From Vicugna vicugna (Eukaryota), in NCBI GenBank assembly GCA_013265495.1, contig MU063101.1, forward strand, positions 544,276-608,275: DNA of 64,000 nucleotides, in the 5' to 3' direction. This document shows positions 18,597 through 31,400 of this stretch, in pieces. A model generated the notes under the pieces. That model had not been told where the DNA came from. It worked only from the letters and a program-made list of their open reading frames with translations, and did not search any database. Numbering within the stretch: the stretch's first letter is position 1; every line of letters begins with the position of its first letter. The position numbers and the translations under genes are program-made.

Positions 18597-21500
18597 AAGG
18601 CACAGAAAAAAGACACGCAGAGGCGGAGAAAACACGCACAACACCCACCGCCAGATGCACACCCAGAGACCCCGGCCCAGGCAGGCGAGGCCCATCAGGG
18701 CGCCTGCAGGAGTGAGAACTGTGGCTGCAGGTTCCTAAGACCCCAGGGATAGGGCAGGCTGCCTGCTGCGTCCTGCTTGGGAGCGCCAACCACCTCCATG
18801 CAGCTGGACTGCCCGTCTCCCCTTCTGCAAAAGAGGCATTAGCCCATGTGACCTAGGCTGGCTCACTCTGGCCCCTCCAGCCCAACCCTCATCTAACAGA
18901 CTTGTTTTTCTGCTCCAGGAAATGGAGCATGAGCCTGGGTGCTGGGGGACGGAGCAGGTGACCACTACCTCTCATTGAGAGTGACAGACATGCCTGACGT
19001 GGGTCCCTTCCTTCCGAAGCTCCTGTCCTTCCAGAAGGAATGAGGCTGAGCTCAGCTGTGTCTTCCCCAGGGCCTGACCCAGTGCCAAGGCTGCCCCCTT
19101 AGGCACAGCTGCAGCCCCTGACCTAGAACCACTTCCCCAGGAGTGACCTCACAAAACACCTCCCCCTCTGGGGCCCCCACCTGCTTCTGCCTTCAGCTTC
19201 CTAAAGCCATGCCCCAGCCCCAAAGGGTGCCTACTCCACAGTGTGGCCTTGACCTCTCTTCCCAGCCACAAAGGCCACCCTGCACCAGGCTGCAGGTAGC
19301 AGACGCCTCCTGCCCACCAGCCTTGTCACTCACCCTCTGGCTGCCTGGGCCCAGAGCCCTGTGTACCCATCCACTGTCCTGGCGGCGTCCCCCTCAACCC
19401 AGCTGACCTCCACCCCTGGAACCAGGGGCCTCAGTTTCAGGGTTCCGAAAACAGCCTGAAATGTGGGCACAGGTGCACACTCTAAGATGTTTACGGCCTT
19501 GCAATTTGTAACAGAGGCGCTCGCCACCAGAATTGCCTGAAGCCCGCCTCCCAGCAGAGGGCGCAACCCAGCAAAATCAGGCACGGTCTTTGTAATCATG
19601 CTTAAGGACCCAAGAAAATGCTTCTGACATCAAATGTTGGATTTACAACCTCAAAATACAAAAGTATGTATACAAATCTGTGAAAGACGAATAGGGAACA
19701 GGCTAGACAAAATATGCCGAGATTCTCCAGGGATCCTCTCTTGATTGGGGAAGCTCATCTCCATGCTCTCTCATACATTATGCATTTTCCATGACAAGCA
19801 AGCATTGCTTTCACAATCATAAAAGAAAAGCAGATGCAATCAAGGCAGCCCAGGCCAGGAGCAATGCGGCTCCTCCAGGGAGGGCAACCAGGCCCCAGGA
19901 CACAGGGCTCTCTTCCTGGCCACCAGCCAGGTCTGGGTCTGTAGAGAAAGGGACTCAGTCACGTGAGCTCAGAAGCAGTCTGAGAGCAAGCTCCTTGCAT
20001 GGGAGGGAAACAGAACCAATGGCAAAAACGTGGGCTTGAGTCCATGGCCTGGAGTGAGGGTTTCACTGCTGCTTCCTGGACCACTGGGCTTCCACTCCCT
20101 GCCCTGGCCTCACAGAAGCACCAAGATAAGCCTGACTGTAAAGACTTGGGAAGGGAGGCAGGGAGGGAGAAAGGAAGTCCCTCCCTGGGGGATGAGGGGC
20201 TGTATGCAGGGGGATGGACTATGTATGGTCTGTTCCAAGACTCACCAGCCAGTCACTGTTCCCTGCCATCTCCTCACAGGATAGGTGCCCCCTGGCAGGC
20301 CTCTGCTCCTCCAGCTAAGGCCACCTTGGCAGCAGCCCAAGTCTGGGCTATCCCAGTCCAGCATGGCACATTTCTGCCACTGGCCTGTCTCTGGCCAGGT
20401 AGTTGAAGGAGCAGGCTGGGCAGAAATTGGGAGCCAGTGACCATGGAGCCTCGTCCACAGCCAGCCAACAATCTCCAGCCAGGAGACCAAGCTCTGTCTG
20501 TGGGCAGGGCAGGACGACATCATGACCAAACCACTGCCCACCTGGCCTGGGCAAGGCTCCAACCTCAGCCCTGGGCTGGCTCTGAGGACAGAGGCTCAGT
20601 GCCAGGGGGTGAGTGTCCTTAGACAGAGGCAACTCTGGACCAGACTGGCACATACATGAGGCGAGGTCCCAGGAAGCTGACCCCAGCAGAGCACAGTGGC
20701 TTCTCTTAAAGGCTGGCTGCTGGGCCCACCCCTGGCTCTCCCACCATGGCCTCTGCAATGGCCTCCCTCTGATGAGGGAGGAGCTGGGGAGCTGGGGTGG
20801 GGCTGGGTCACCCTGTTGATGTGGGCTGGGTTCTCAGGGTCCTCAGGGGCAGACCAGAATGGAGGAGGGGCTGCAGGAAAAGTCCACTCCCAACTCTACT
20901 CCACTTGTGTCTTGGGAGACACAGGCCCAAAGGTGAGTAAAGGTTGCTCCTGACTCAGCCCAGAGCTCAGTGGGGGCCTGGCCCCTCTCCAGTCCCACCT
21001 CCGGCCTAGGCAGACAGGCCTGTGTGGAGCTGAGGTGCTGGACTCGGAGCCTGGCCGCCGTCCACCCTCACAATGGCAACAGCCCATAAGGGGTTTAAAC
21101 AAGAGTCCCCCTCAGGGTGACCCTACAACCCCATAGACAGCGTCCTCCCCGCAGCCCAGGAGTCACAAGCAGGTCACCCTGTGGACGCCGGCAGACCCAT
21201 GACATGGCCCAGGAGAGGAGTAGGCACCTGTGGAGATAAGCTCTACCCCTTCAAGGGGACCTGAGGGGTCCGGGGCATGTGATGGCTGGCCTCTCCCCTT
21301 GGTCCCCTCCTCCTTTCCCTGCCAGCCCCACATGGAGGGTGGTAGAGTGGCCAGTTGGAGGACCCCGTGGGCTCCGCTCCACTCCTCTCCCAATCATGCT
21401 CTGTGAGAACGAAATATCTCTGTTGTCCAGTCCTTTCTTCTGGATTGGCCTAACTGCAGCCCTGCGCTCCATTCTCCATTTCTCCCCTTCAAGTGCCTCC

Positions 21501-24500
21501 CAGCCCCCCCCTTTCTGGGCTCCCCACATCCTCCACCGTGGCCAGAATCACTTTACCAGTTGTGGTTGGGCAGGTTACTCCTACCCAAAACCTTCCACCC
21601 TCAGCAAGGCACCACGTCCCTGGAGGTCCACCCCGGCCTGCTGCTCAGGCCTTCTCGGCCAAGCCCTGCTTGCCCTGCTTGCCACACTCAGCCTGACAAG
21701 CTGTGTTCTCTGCTGGTGACACCCTCCCACTGGGGTTTGTCAGCTGAAGGCCACCTTATGGTCCAAGGCCAGCCCGGTGTCTCCTCTCGGGCTGCCCCAA
21801 CCTGCTCATATCCACGTCAGAATACAGGTAAGCACATTCCCCAGATGCTCACCTCCCACCTCGGCCCCAGACCAAACGTGCAGCCACTGCTGGAGCCCTA
21901 GAGGCCCCAAAAGTGCTTTCTGCTGCCCCCAGAAACCAGGCCTGGACAAAAGCCACAGGAGGACTGCCCAGATACACCAGGGAGGCCTTACCTTGGCTGG
22001 TGGTTTCGTCCCCTCCCAGCTGCGTGTGTCCATGGATGGGGGGACCTGGTAGATGTCGTGTCCTATCCCAGCGGAAGGTGGCACCTGGTAGATGTCCTGG
22101 GCAGGGCTGCCAGGCCCTGGGGGCACTTGGTAAAGGTCTGGGGCTGGGCTGGGAAACGGGTGATGGGGCATCTGCTTGGAGAACGCGGATGTCTGCTTGG
22201 CTGGGGGAGACTGGAACTGTGCGCTGGGTCCGGGGGCTTGGTAGAGAACTTGCTGAGTCTTGCTGGGGGTGGGCACCAGGTAGACGCTGTCGGGCTGGGT
22301 TGGGTACGCCGCGGGCAGCATGGGTGTGTACGGGGCAGCGGGAGCATGGAGGCCAGGCTGGGGCGGGGCTGAGCTGGCGGGTGGGCCGGGGCCGGGCCCT
22401 GCTGGCTTCTTGTCATGCATGCCCACCAGGATCTTGAGGCGGTTCCCGGGCACGATGCCTTGNNNNNNNNNNNNNNNNNNNNNNNNNNNNNNNNNNNNNN
22501 NNNNNNNNNNNNNNNNNNNNNNNNNNNNNNNNNNNNNNNNNNNNNNNNNNNNNNNNNNNNNNNNNNNNNNNNNNNNNNNNNNNNNNNNNNNNNNNNNNNN
22601 NNNNNNNNNNNNNNNNNNCACAGGTGGGCATGAGGACACTGGCTCCCACCCACTCCAGGACTGGGGAGGCATCTGGCCTTGGCAAGGAGAAAGGAACAAA
22701 GCAGGGTTTGGAGAGATCCCCAGGCCTCTGTCCCCACTGCCCCAGCAGAAAGGCCCAGCAGATCAGATGACTGCAGCCACCACCTACACCCCAGGGTGGC
22801 ACTCAAGATACTCTACAAAACACTCCCAGAGTCATGGTACAACCTGGACCAACACCAGGGAGAGCAGCGATGATAATAGTGGCCACCACGTTCTGGGAAG
22901 AGAACAGGATGCACACCCTCCCTGCCCCAGCACAGTGGTCCTGCTGCCCCAACAGTGCAACCAGCCAGGAAGAAAAGACCAGAGAGAGGGGAGGGGATAA
23001 CAGGTCACCACCTGCAGACCACATGTCATCCATGTGAAAATCTCAACAAACTAGAAGGATCAAAAGTGGTTGGAAAGGGACCTCACAGAAACCACGTCAT
23101 GTGATAACAAAAGCTACAAGTTATCCAGGAATTAATCAAGCAAAGACTGTAAGACACCTCAGATGAGAAAATGTATCAATTCGCCCAAGCTTACAGTAAG
23201 TTACAAGTGCAATAAAAGTGCCAGTGCCAGCAAGATCTTTTTCTTCTTCTTCTTTTTTTTTTTTAGGAATTGGACCAAAGAAAAAGAATTTTTCCAGAAT
23301 TAAGCAGAGGAATAGAGGTCCACAAATAAGGTCAATTCTGAAAAAATAAAAAAAGGAGGTACAAAAAGGCACCTCCTTCCTGCTGTGACGACAGGTCACA
23401 ATTCCAAATTCATGGGACAGGGACCAGCAGCCAGGACAGGCTGCAGCAGGGGAGGGCTGCATCACAAGTGATTCTAGGAAAACTCACTCACTGGAGGAAG
23501 AAAAGTCAGTTTGGACACTTGCCTCATGTTATAAACAAAAGGCAATTAAAGACCTAAATGTAAAAGATAAAACTTTATAGCTGATAAAAGAAAAAAATTG
23601 TGGGAAAATATCTGTGACCTTGAGGTGGGAAAAAATTATAAAGCAAACCCCCAAAACAAAGATCCCAATAGTACAAAATATAAGGTAACAACAGCAAAAA
23701 CAAACAGAGGATTGATTCATCCTCATCAAGGTGAATGGATCCAATTGGATAGGTGACAAAACAAAGCTGACAAGGTGACAGGCCACCAAGTGAAAAGAGA
23801 GTGATCAATCTAGAATCTGGAGGTGCTCTGACATATCAGCAAGGAAAAGTCAAGAATGCCAACAGATAACCAACTACGAAGAATTCTCAGAAGGGGAAAA
23901 CTGAATGGCCAAGATGGCCAACAAGGATGCTCAGGGCTCCAGTTAGCAAAGCGGGACACACCTGTAAGCCTGTTCTGTGCTCCAGCAGGTGCCCAGGTGT
24001 ATAGTGAGGAATGCTAGCCACACCCTCCTGCATCAGAGCAATAAACAAATCTACAGCCCAGAATGCTTTACATTAATGTTACGATCGTCAACAAAACAAT
24101 TCAACCTATTTTTCATAGACACTTGTCAAAGGACAGATTCCACACACATTACATTTGCATGGGTACTACTGGAAGAGAGAGAGGAATGAAACAGGCATCA
24201 GGAATAAATGGGGAAAATAAAGTAAGACTAAGAAAGCGTCCCACACAGAGTGAGGACAGCCACAGAAGGATAGCACCCCCTGGCCCACCCCTGCTCTTTA
24301 CTCCTGTTAATTCTCATAGCCAGCCCAGCACTGCTGCTGCAGGGCACTGCTACGGGCCGTATTCGTCAGCAAACTCTCCCAGAGCGGGAACACACGCTCC
24401 ATGGACAGGCCCCCAGCACTGGCAGACACCAAACAGGCTGGCCCAGAACCTCACTCGGGACAAAGAACAGGGGCGAGGAGGCCCCTGCTGCCGCTGCTCC

Positions 24501-27500
24501 CTTGTGTGAGTGCAGGGCTCAGGGTGGGCCCGGAGATATTACAGAGGAAACCCAGCAGGAGGGCCAAGTTCCGTTCCAGCAGAGGGCAGGAGCGAAGTAA
24601 GCACCTGGGTGAGAAGGCCAGGCTGTCTGCATCTCTGAGGGCAGCACAGAACTCTGCAAGTCTCAACAATGGCCCAGGCCTCACGCACGGCAGAAGCCAG
24701 GTTTGAGGAGAGGATGCTGCCAGGCCAGCTGGGCTCCAGCAACACCAGCCAGGCCTCTGCTCTGGTTGCCCTTCTCCGAGTCCCCTGGAGTCTGAGGATG
24801 CAGAGCCTGGTCTAGACCTGACTCAGAAATGACACCTGGGTTCAGACCACCGACTAACTGTGTGACCCTCCCCACCTTGGCCTGAGTCTCATTCCTTGGA
24901 CTCCATCTTTAAGGAGTCAAGCAGAAGCTGGAATTCCAGGTGGATGGAAGGGCCATGCCCCTTGGGAAGAAATAGGAAGTGGGAGCCTGGGCTCTGGGGG
25001 CAGAGAGGAGTGGGCGTGAAGCCTCAGCCAAAGCCAGGAGGGCCCACCTCCACACCAGCATCTGGGCCAGAAAGAGCCTCTCTGAGCTCCATGTCCCCTG
25101 CCCATCACACTGAGGAGTAGGGAAGAAAGTCTGATCACCGCCAAGAGGGACAGCAGCCCCTGGGGGAGGCCTGGGCAGGCAGCACATGCCCCAGGCCCAG
25201 GCTGCACACTCAGACTCTGGGGAGCATCAGCTGGGAGCCCATTTTTTACAGAGCAGCTCAGAAAGGGCAAGAAGCCAGAAAGCTGGGAGCCAAGAGGGAC
25301 AAGGCCCAGGGGAAAAGCCAGCCCAGGCAGGCAGCTCACAGACAGCAGGCAGACTCACACGGTACCAAGGTGAGCGCCAGGGCAAAGCCCCCGGGTGATA
25401 GGTCGCTGCAACGCTGTCCACACCATAAGTAGGACAGTTATAAATGCACTGAGGTGTCAGTGAGTCCTCAATAAAATTTTCAATTTGTATTTAATGAGCA
25501 TTACTTGGTTTGGGGATTGAAAAAATAACATCCTGAAAAAGAAAACAGTGGACTACCTCCTAGGCTCCGAGGCAGGATGGGACAGGCGAGGCTGAAGCAG
25601 GTCCAGAGGCCAGAGACCCCGGAGGAGCAGGAAGGGTCAGGGGCTGCCCTGCAGCCCACCAGGGCTCAGGGGCCCCACCCCTAGACTGCTTGTAGGAAAA
25701 GCAAATTTCCCAAATATGGTCTGCAGACGGCCTTAGGGAATCACATCCCGTCAGGGGGCGGGCCACCGGCCCACCCTCCCCCAGTGACCCCAGAACACAG
25801 AGCCACCCCGCTGGGTCCCCTCAGCCCCTGCCCTGGTGACCACAGGAAGTGCCAGCAGAGTGAGTCACAGGAAAATTCCCCTCCAGCCCAGTCAAAGGGG
25901 GCGGGGTGCAGACCGGGGAATGCCCCTCAGAGGCCCCTCACCTCTTAGAGGAGGGCAGCCCAGCAAAGGCTGGCAAAGGGGCCTCAACCAAGCCTTGCTG
26001 GGCAGGGCTGGGCTGTCAGGGAGGCTGGAGAGCTCTGAGGGCAAGGTGTGATGGGGGAGGAGGAATGGGTTGTAGAGAGGGTCCCCTAGGCCCAGGAGAG
26101 CTACTGGAGCCTCCTGCATCCAGGGAGGCCAGCCCCCATCCCAGAGTGTGAGCTCGCTGAGCAGTCAAGGCCAACTCTGCCTGCAACTGTATAGTCTGGG
26201 GCAGCCGGAGCCAGGCTGGGAAGTACCTCTTGGGCTGGGCACGTGGTACCAGGCGCCTGGCACCAGGAGCTCCTCCGCCTGCGTCAGCTGGTGCTCCCGC
26301 CCAGAGCCCCAGAGGCAGGCTCTCAGCAGTCCTGGGCACTGCTGGTGCTGCAGCACTCCGGCTGGCTAAGCACCGGCCCCTTTGGGCCTCTAAGCCTCTC
26401 CAGCTGCTCCTGACACACTCCTCCCTCCTACTCCCCCAAGTCCTCAGCAGCAGCAGCTAAGATCAGACCTGGGACTGGCTCTCCCTCCCACTGCTGGAGA
26501 CCTCAGTCAAATCCCTGAGCTTCTCTGAGCACCCAGATTCCCTGAGCTACATGACAGTCCTAGTTTCACAGGACTGTTCTTTTTGTTTAATGAAAGATTC
26601 ATCTGGCCATCTCCGCCAGGTGCTGGGCCTGGCTCTGCAAGACGGTGCAGGCCTACCTTGACTAGGCCCCCGTCTGCATGGGGCTTGCATCCCAGCAGGG
26701 CAGACACCAGACAATTTGTCAAGGCACAGGGAAAGTGGAATGCCAAAAATAAAATGCAACAGGACCACTGCACATAGAATGGTCAGAGATGGCCTCCCCA
26801 AGGAGGACATTTCAGGTGATTCATGAAAAATGAAAACCAGTTGACTATGAAACTAGCCATGGAAGGGCATGTGGGCAGAGGCCAGGCATGAACCAAGGCA
26901 CTGGAATCGGGAAAGGCTGGAAGGGAGATAGGGTCATGGGCCTGGAGTGGCAGGTAGGCTGGGGCCAGTCACACTGCAGGATGCCTTGGAATGATACAGA
27001 GACAGCTCAGTAAATGCCATTCAAATGGTGGCATCTCGTGGCAGAATACGGCAACACCCACACCACCCAAGTATTCCTGCTCTAGACATGCTTCCCAGGA
27101 CCCAGTGTCCTGCCCCAACTTGGACAAGGGGCTAGTTCCCCCAGAACCTGGCTTTCCAGACTCCTTTGCTGCTAAGTCAATCAGGTGCTCCCCCATGCTC
27201 TCAAGGGGGCATGCCGCCAGGGCACCACTGTAGTCTAGGCAGACACTGCCAGCACCTGGGTCCAAGGTCCCATGGAAACTGCTGCTGACTCACCTGAGTA
27301 TCTGCCCACCTCATTCCTGCCTCTAGGAAACCTCTAGCTGTGTCCTACTCCTCCTTCGGGAGGTGACTCGGGTGTCAGCCCCCAGGGAGGCTCCCATGTC
27401 CCTCCCTTGGGCACCCATTCCCTATTGTCCCCACCTGGAAGTGCTGACAAACACCTCTGGCTACTTCATGTTCCCCAACCCAGGTGCCCAGGATGGGAGG

Positions 27501-28364
27501 GGCCTGTCCACTTCGGCACGGAACCCCCTGCACACACAGCCAGGCATGGCCCAGAGTGGGGCTGAGCACTGGCTGCTGAATGGGCGGGCTCAGGCAGAAG
27601 CCTTCCTTGCCGAAGGTGGTGTTCTGCCTTCCCTGGGAGCTGTGTGGCCACGCCTGAGGAAGCCAGGAAGACCCTGTGCAGCTTGCTCACCCCAGAGGGA
27701 GGGGACAGAGGAGAGCCCCCAGCCTGATGCCATCACTCCCCAGGTAGTGGCCTGCCAGCCAGGCCCGCCCAGAACAACACCACAGTTGTTGCACATAGGA
27801 GCTGACAGGCCGGCCCGAGGGGCCCTGCCTAGTCTAAGAATGGCCCTCATTGTGTCCGGGGCCCTCAGACACAGAGCAGCTGGGCCTTGGCCACCAATGG
27901 GTATGCATCTGCGAGAACAGTGGCTGGCTGATGGGTAGTCCCTCCGCCCACTGCCCTGGGGAGCCCTGGATGTGCTCTGGGTATCCCCAACCCCAACTCT
28001 GGGGGACAGTGCTAGCTCGTGGCGGGGAGATTGACAGGTTTACAACGATAACAATCATGATGCTAAGTCAGAGGGAGGACTCTTTTGCAAACTTCAAACA
28101 TCTCTTTCAAACCTTTCAATCCTGTGAGACACTACAATTGCCTCCATCCCGTGGATGGGGAAGCTGAGGTGCACAGCAGTTACAGTTACTTGATGTGCCA
28201 GGGTCACAGTCAGGACGCCATACAGGCAGATCTGGGCTGTGTGACAAAGTACAGCTGGGTGGCTCCCGGGGTAATGCTTAGGTTCATGGAAGCCAGGAGT
28301 GGAAATTTCACAGGACTTTTCCATCCCTCCTCGTCCCCCACTGCTGCCCCCAACACACACACAC

Positions 28365-28402
<38 letters not shown>

Positions 28403-31400
28403 CACACAGAGCCCCAGTCACAGAGCCTCACACATAGCAGTCACTCGGGAAACACTAGTCCTCTTCAAACCCAGAATCATCTCAAATGTGGGCCAAGTTT
28501 ATTTCTGGGGTATTCTGTTTGCTTGTCCCAAGAAGCCCCCACGGCCTATGAATACAGGTCCAAAGTGTGTGTGTCCGACTGGCAGTCTGCACACTTGTGT
28601 CCCTGCTCACTTGTGCTCCCTGGAGGGGCAGTGGCCACAGGCCCACTGGCCAAGGTCCTGACAATCCCCTGCTCTGCCTCCTGACTCCAACGGGGCTCAG
28701 AGGGCAGTGCCTCTTCCCTTCCCAGATATTTCCACACCCTCATTCTGGGAGGAACTCTGAAACAGCCAGCCTTGGCATCACTCTACCCTAGTACTCCCAG
28801 GACAACTGAATGGCCAAAGTCTGGGCTCGAGTCCTCTGTGCTCAGCAGAGAGGGAGAAAACTGTGGGTGAGTTTCCCCTTCCAGAGCTATCCCAAGGGGA
28901 GCATGGCTCCTTCCCTGCCTACCTCAGTAGTACCTGAGGCTCAGAGAACAGAGCAAGGGCCATGTATGGGTCTTCAGTCCCATTCCTGACACTCAGCAGC
29001 CAGAGGACAGGTCAGTAGAACAAAGGACAAAAACCTACCTGTGGGTGGCCACTGCCAGCGGCTCCTTCAGAGAAGCACAAGTCCTGGCCTGGCCACGGCT
29101 GCAGCAGCAAGAGCAGATGCCTTTGTGTCCTGGGCCAGCTCTGGGCTGGAAGCAGGCCCCTGGCCCCATCCCCACCAAAGTGTCTCAGGCACTGTCCCTG
29201 GGAGGCTGGGCAAAGGAAGAGAGGTGGCATGGGGAGGGCCCTCCTGCTGCAGGACATGGCATCTGCAGCCCCCAACACACCACGGATGGTGGGAACAGGT
29301 GGTCTGAGGCCAGGGCACCAAGGAGCCTGTGTGGGTGGTGTGAGGGCAGAGGCTTCTGCCCTCCAGCCCATCCCAATTGCTGGCAGCTTGGGAATGGTCC
29401 CCAGCCCCTTAGAACCCTCACCACTGCCACTCATTCAGGGAACTGACCCAGGCTGGCAGACCTCAAATGTGCTTGAAGTAGGCCAGCTTGTTCACTCTTG
29501 GGATTTGGTCTCTCAGTAGAGAGCTCAGCATGAGGCTGACCTTCACTTCAGGGACAGGACTAGGACCTGTAACCCATCCCTGCCAGCCCCAGATTTGCCA
29601 CTGAAGGGGCAGAGGCAGAAGGAACAACCCAGGTGGGACAGCAGGGACTTCACTCCTTACAAGGCCCTGGTTCTTCCACCTTGACATCTAAAACCCCCTT
29701 AGCTCTGCCAGTCTCCAGTCCTAAATGATAACTTCCAGCAGCCCTTAAAGTAGCACCACCTGCTGCAGCAAGAATGGAGGGGGATACAATGGCACAAAAA
29801 GCAAGGTTTTCAAAAAACTACCAAGCTCCTGACTTCTGGGATGCGCAGTGGGGATGGGGGCCTGCCATGCGGCCCTGCCCCTTCATCCTACCAGCTCCTT
29901 CCAAGCCAGGCCAGTACTTCGCCCCACTCCTCACTCAGAGGTGGGAGTGAGTTAGCACAACAAGACAGCAGTGGAGCCAAGGTCTCTCCCCAGTGCTATA
30001 AGGCCCAGCCTGCCACACTGGAAGGAGACCACCCTGCAGCCCCTTATATGGGAGTCTTAAGGACCCAGAGGAGGAGCTTGCCCAGTATTTCTGCTGGAGA
30101 ACAACCCCTGTTAACCCTATCCTACACCCTGCTCTCCAAGGGTGACTACTCCTCCTGCTTCTGCCTGCTGCCTGGTTCTGGCTGTCCCAACTGGCTGTTG
30201 GCTCCTGGGGGGTGGGGGAAGGAGTTCTCCAGGCCTGAAAGAAAAAGGGCTGTGAGACCTATCTCCTAAAAGAACAATACAGGCCAGGAGGGGGCCACTA
30301 AGGCACAGCCCTGGAGCCAGAGGGACCCCACCAAGCTGGCAGCCCCAGTAGAGCACGACAGCACCCCAAAGACCAGAGCATTCCCAGTCCAGGGCAGGGG
30401 ACACACATGGGTAGAGCACAGGGCCATACCAGGAGACTATGTTCTGGACCCAATTTTGTGAGGACAAGTAACTATCCCTCTCTGTGCCTCAGTCTCCCCA
30501 TCTGTGCCATCTGCATAACTGACAGGTGGTCTCAGGGGCTTTCCTGCTCTGACAAGATTCCCTAGTGGCACTCATTGTACTTACTTCAATCTTTTGCCCA
30601 AGCCTGGGAAGATGGTGCCAGCCCACAGCAATGCTTCTGTTTAGTACAAGTGTAAAAACCAGAGGCTCCAGTTCTCTGAAGCTGAGAGTGAACGTCATGG
30701 CAGAACCTGGGGCTGCCCTTCCTTGTTTCACCCAGTACCCACTGGGTTCTTTCTTTGCCCACAGCAAGTGGGTGGTGGGTGCCAGTGCCAGGAGGGCATG
30801 CCAGAAGCTCTTCCCCAACCTCCTTTCCTGTCAGGTTCCACCTGGGCCTGGGCCCTCTCCTGCTTTTCTCAGCCTGTTAGCCCTGTCAGCCCTCCACCCC
30901 CACCATCAGTTCTCCACCAGGGAAATGGGCATGGGGGGGGGCTCCAGTCCTGGGGGATGAGGAACATCTCCTGGCCTGCCTGAAATCAGCACAGCAAACC
31001 CAGAGGGTACCTCCCAGCCTAGACCCTCATGCTAGGGGTGCAGAGAAAGCAAACTCCCTGTTCTCAAGACAGGGTAGGGGGCCACTGCCCCTAGTCCGGC
31101 ATCCCAGAGCCCCTAGATCCCAGCATCTACCCAGGCTCTAACCCACCCACACCATCCGATCACCCCCTCACCCACGCCCTCAGCAAATCTCAGTTTCTGA
31201 GACTCCCTCAACACGGCCCTGGGTTCTGCCTCGCTCAGCAACGAGGGGCTGGGAGAGCTGGCCGCCCGGCGGACACAGGAGCAGCGGCCTCGCCCCTCCC
31301 CAGCTCCACCCGCGCCACAATCTGGCTCCTATGACAGTTTTTGCAACCTGGGTAGGTAATAACTGAGAAGAGCCTGTCCAGGGTCACAGAATCCAGCGAG

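Noticed and set aside
18494-18789. THTHTH / CVCVCV-containing ORFs (also at 28085-28684)
   Set aside because: Translations of (CA)n microsatellites.
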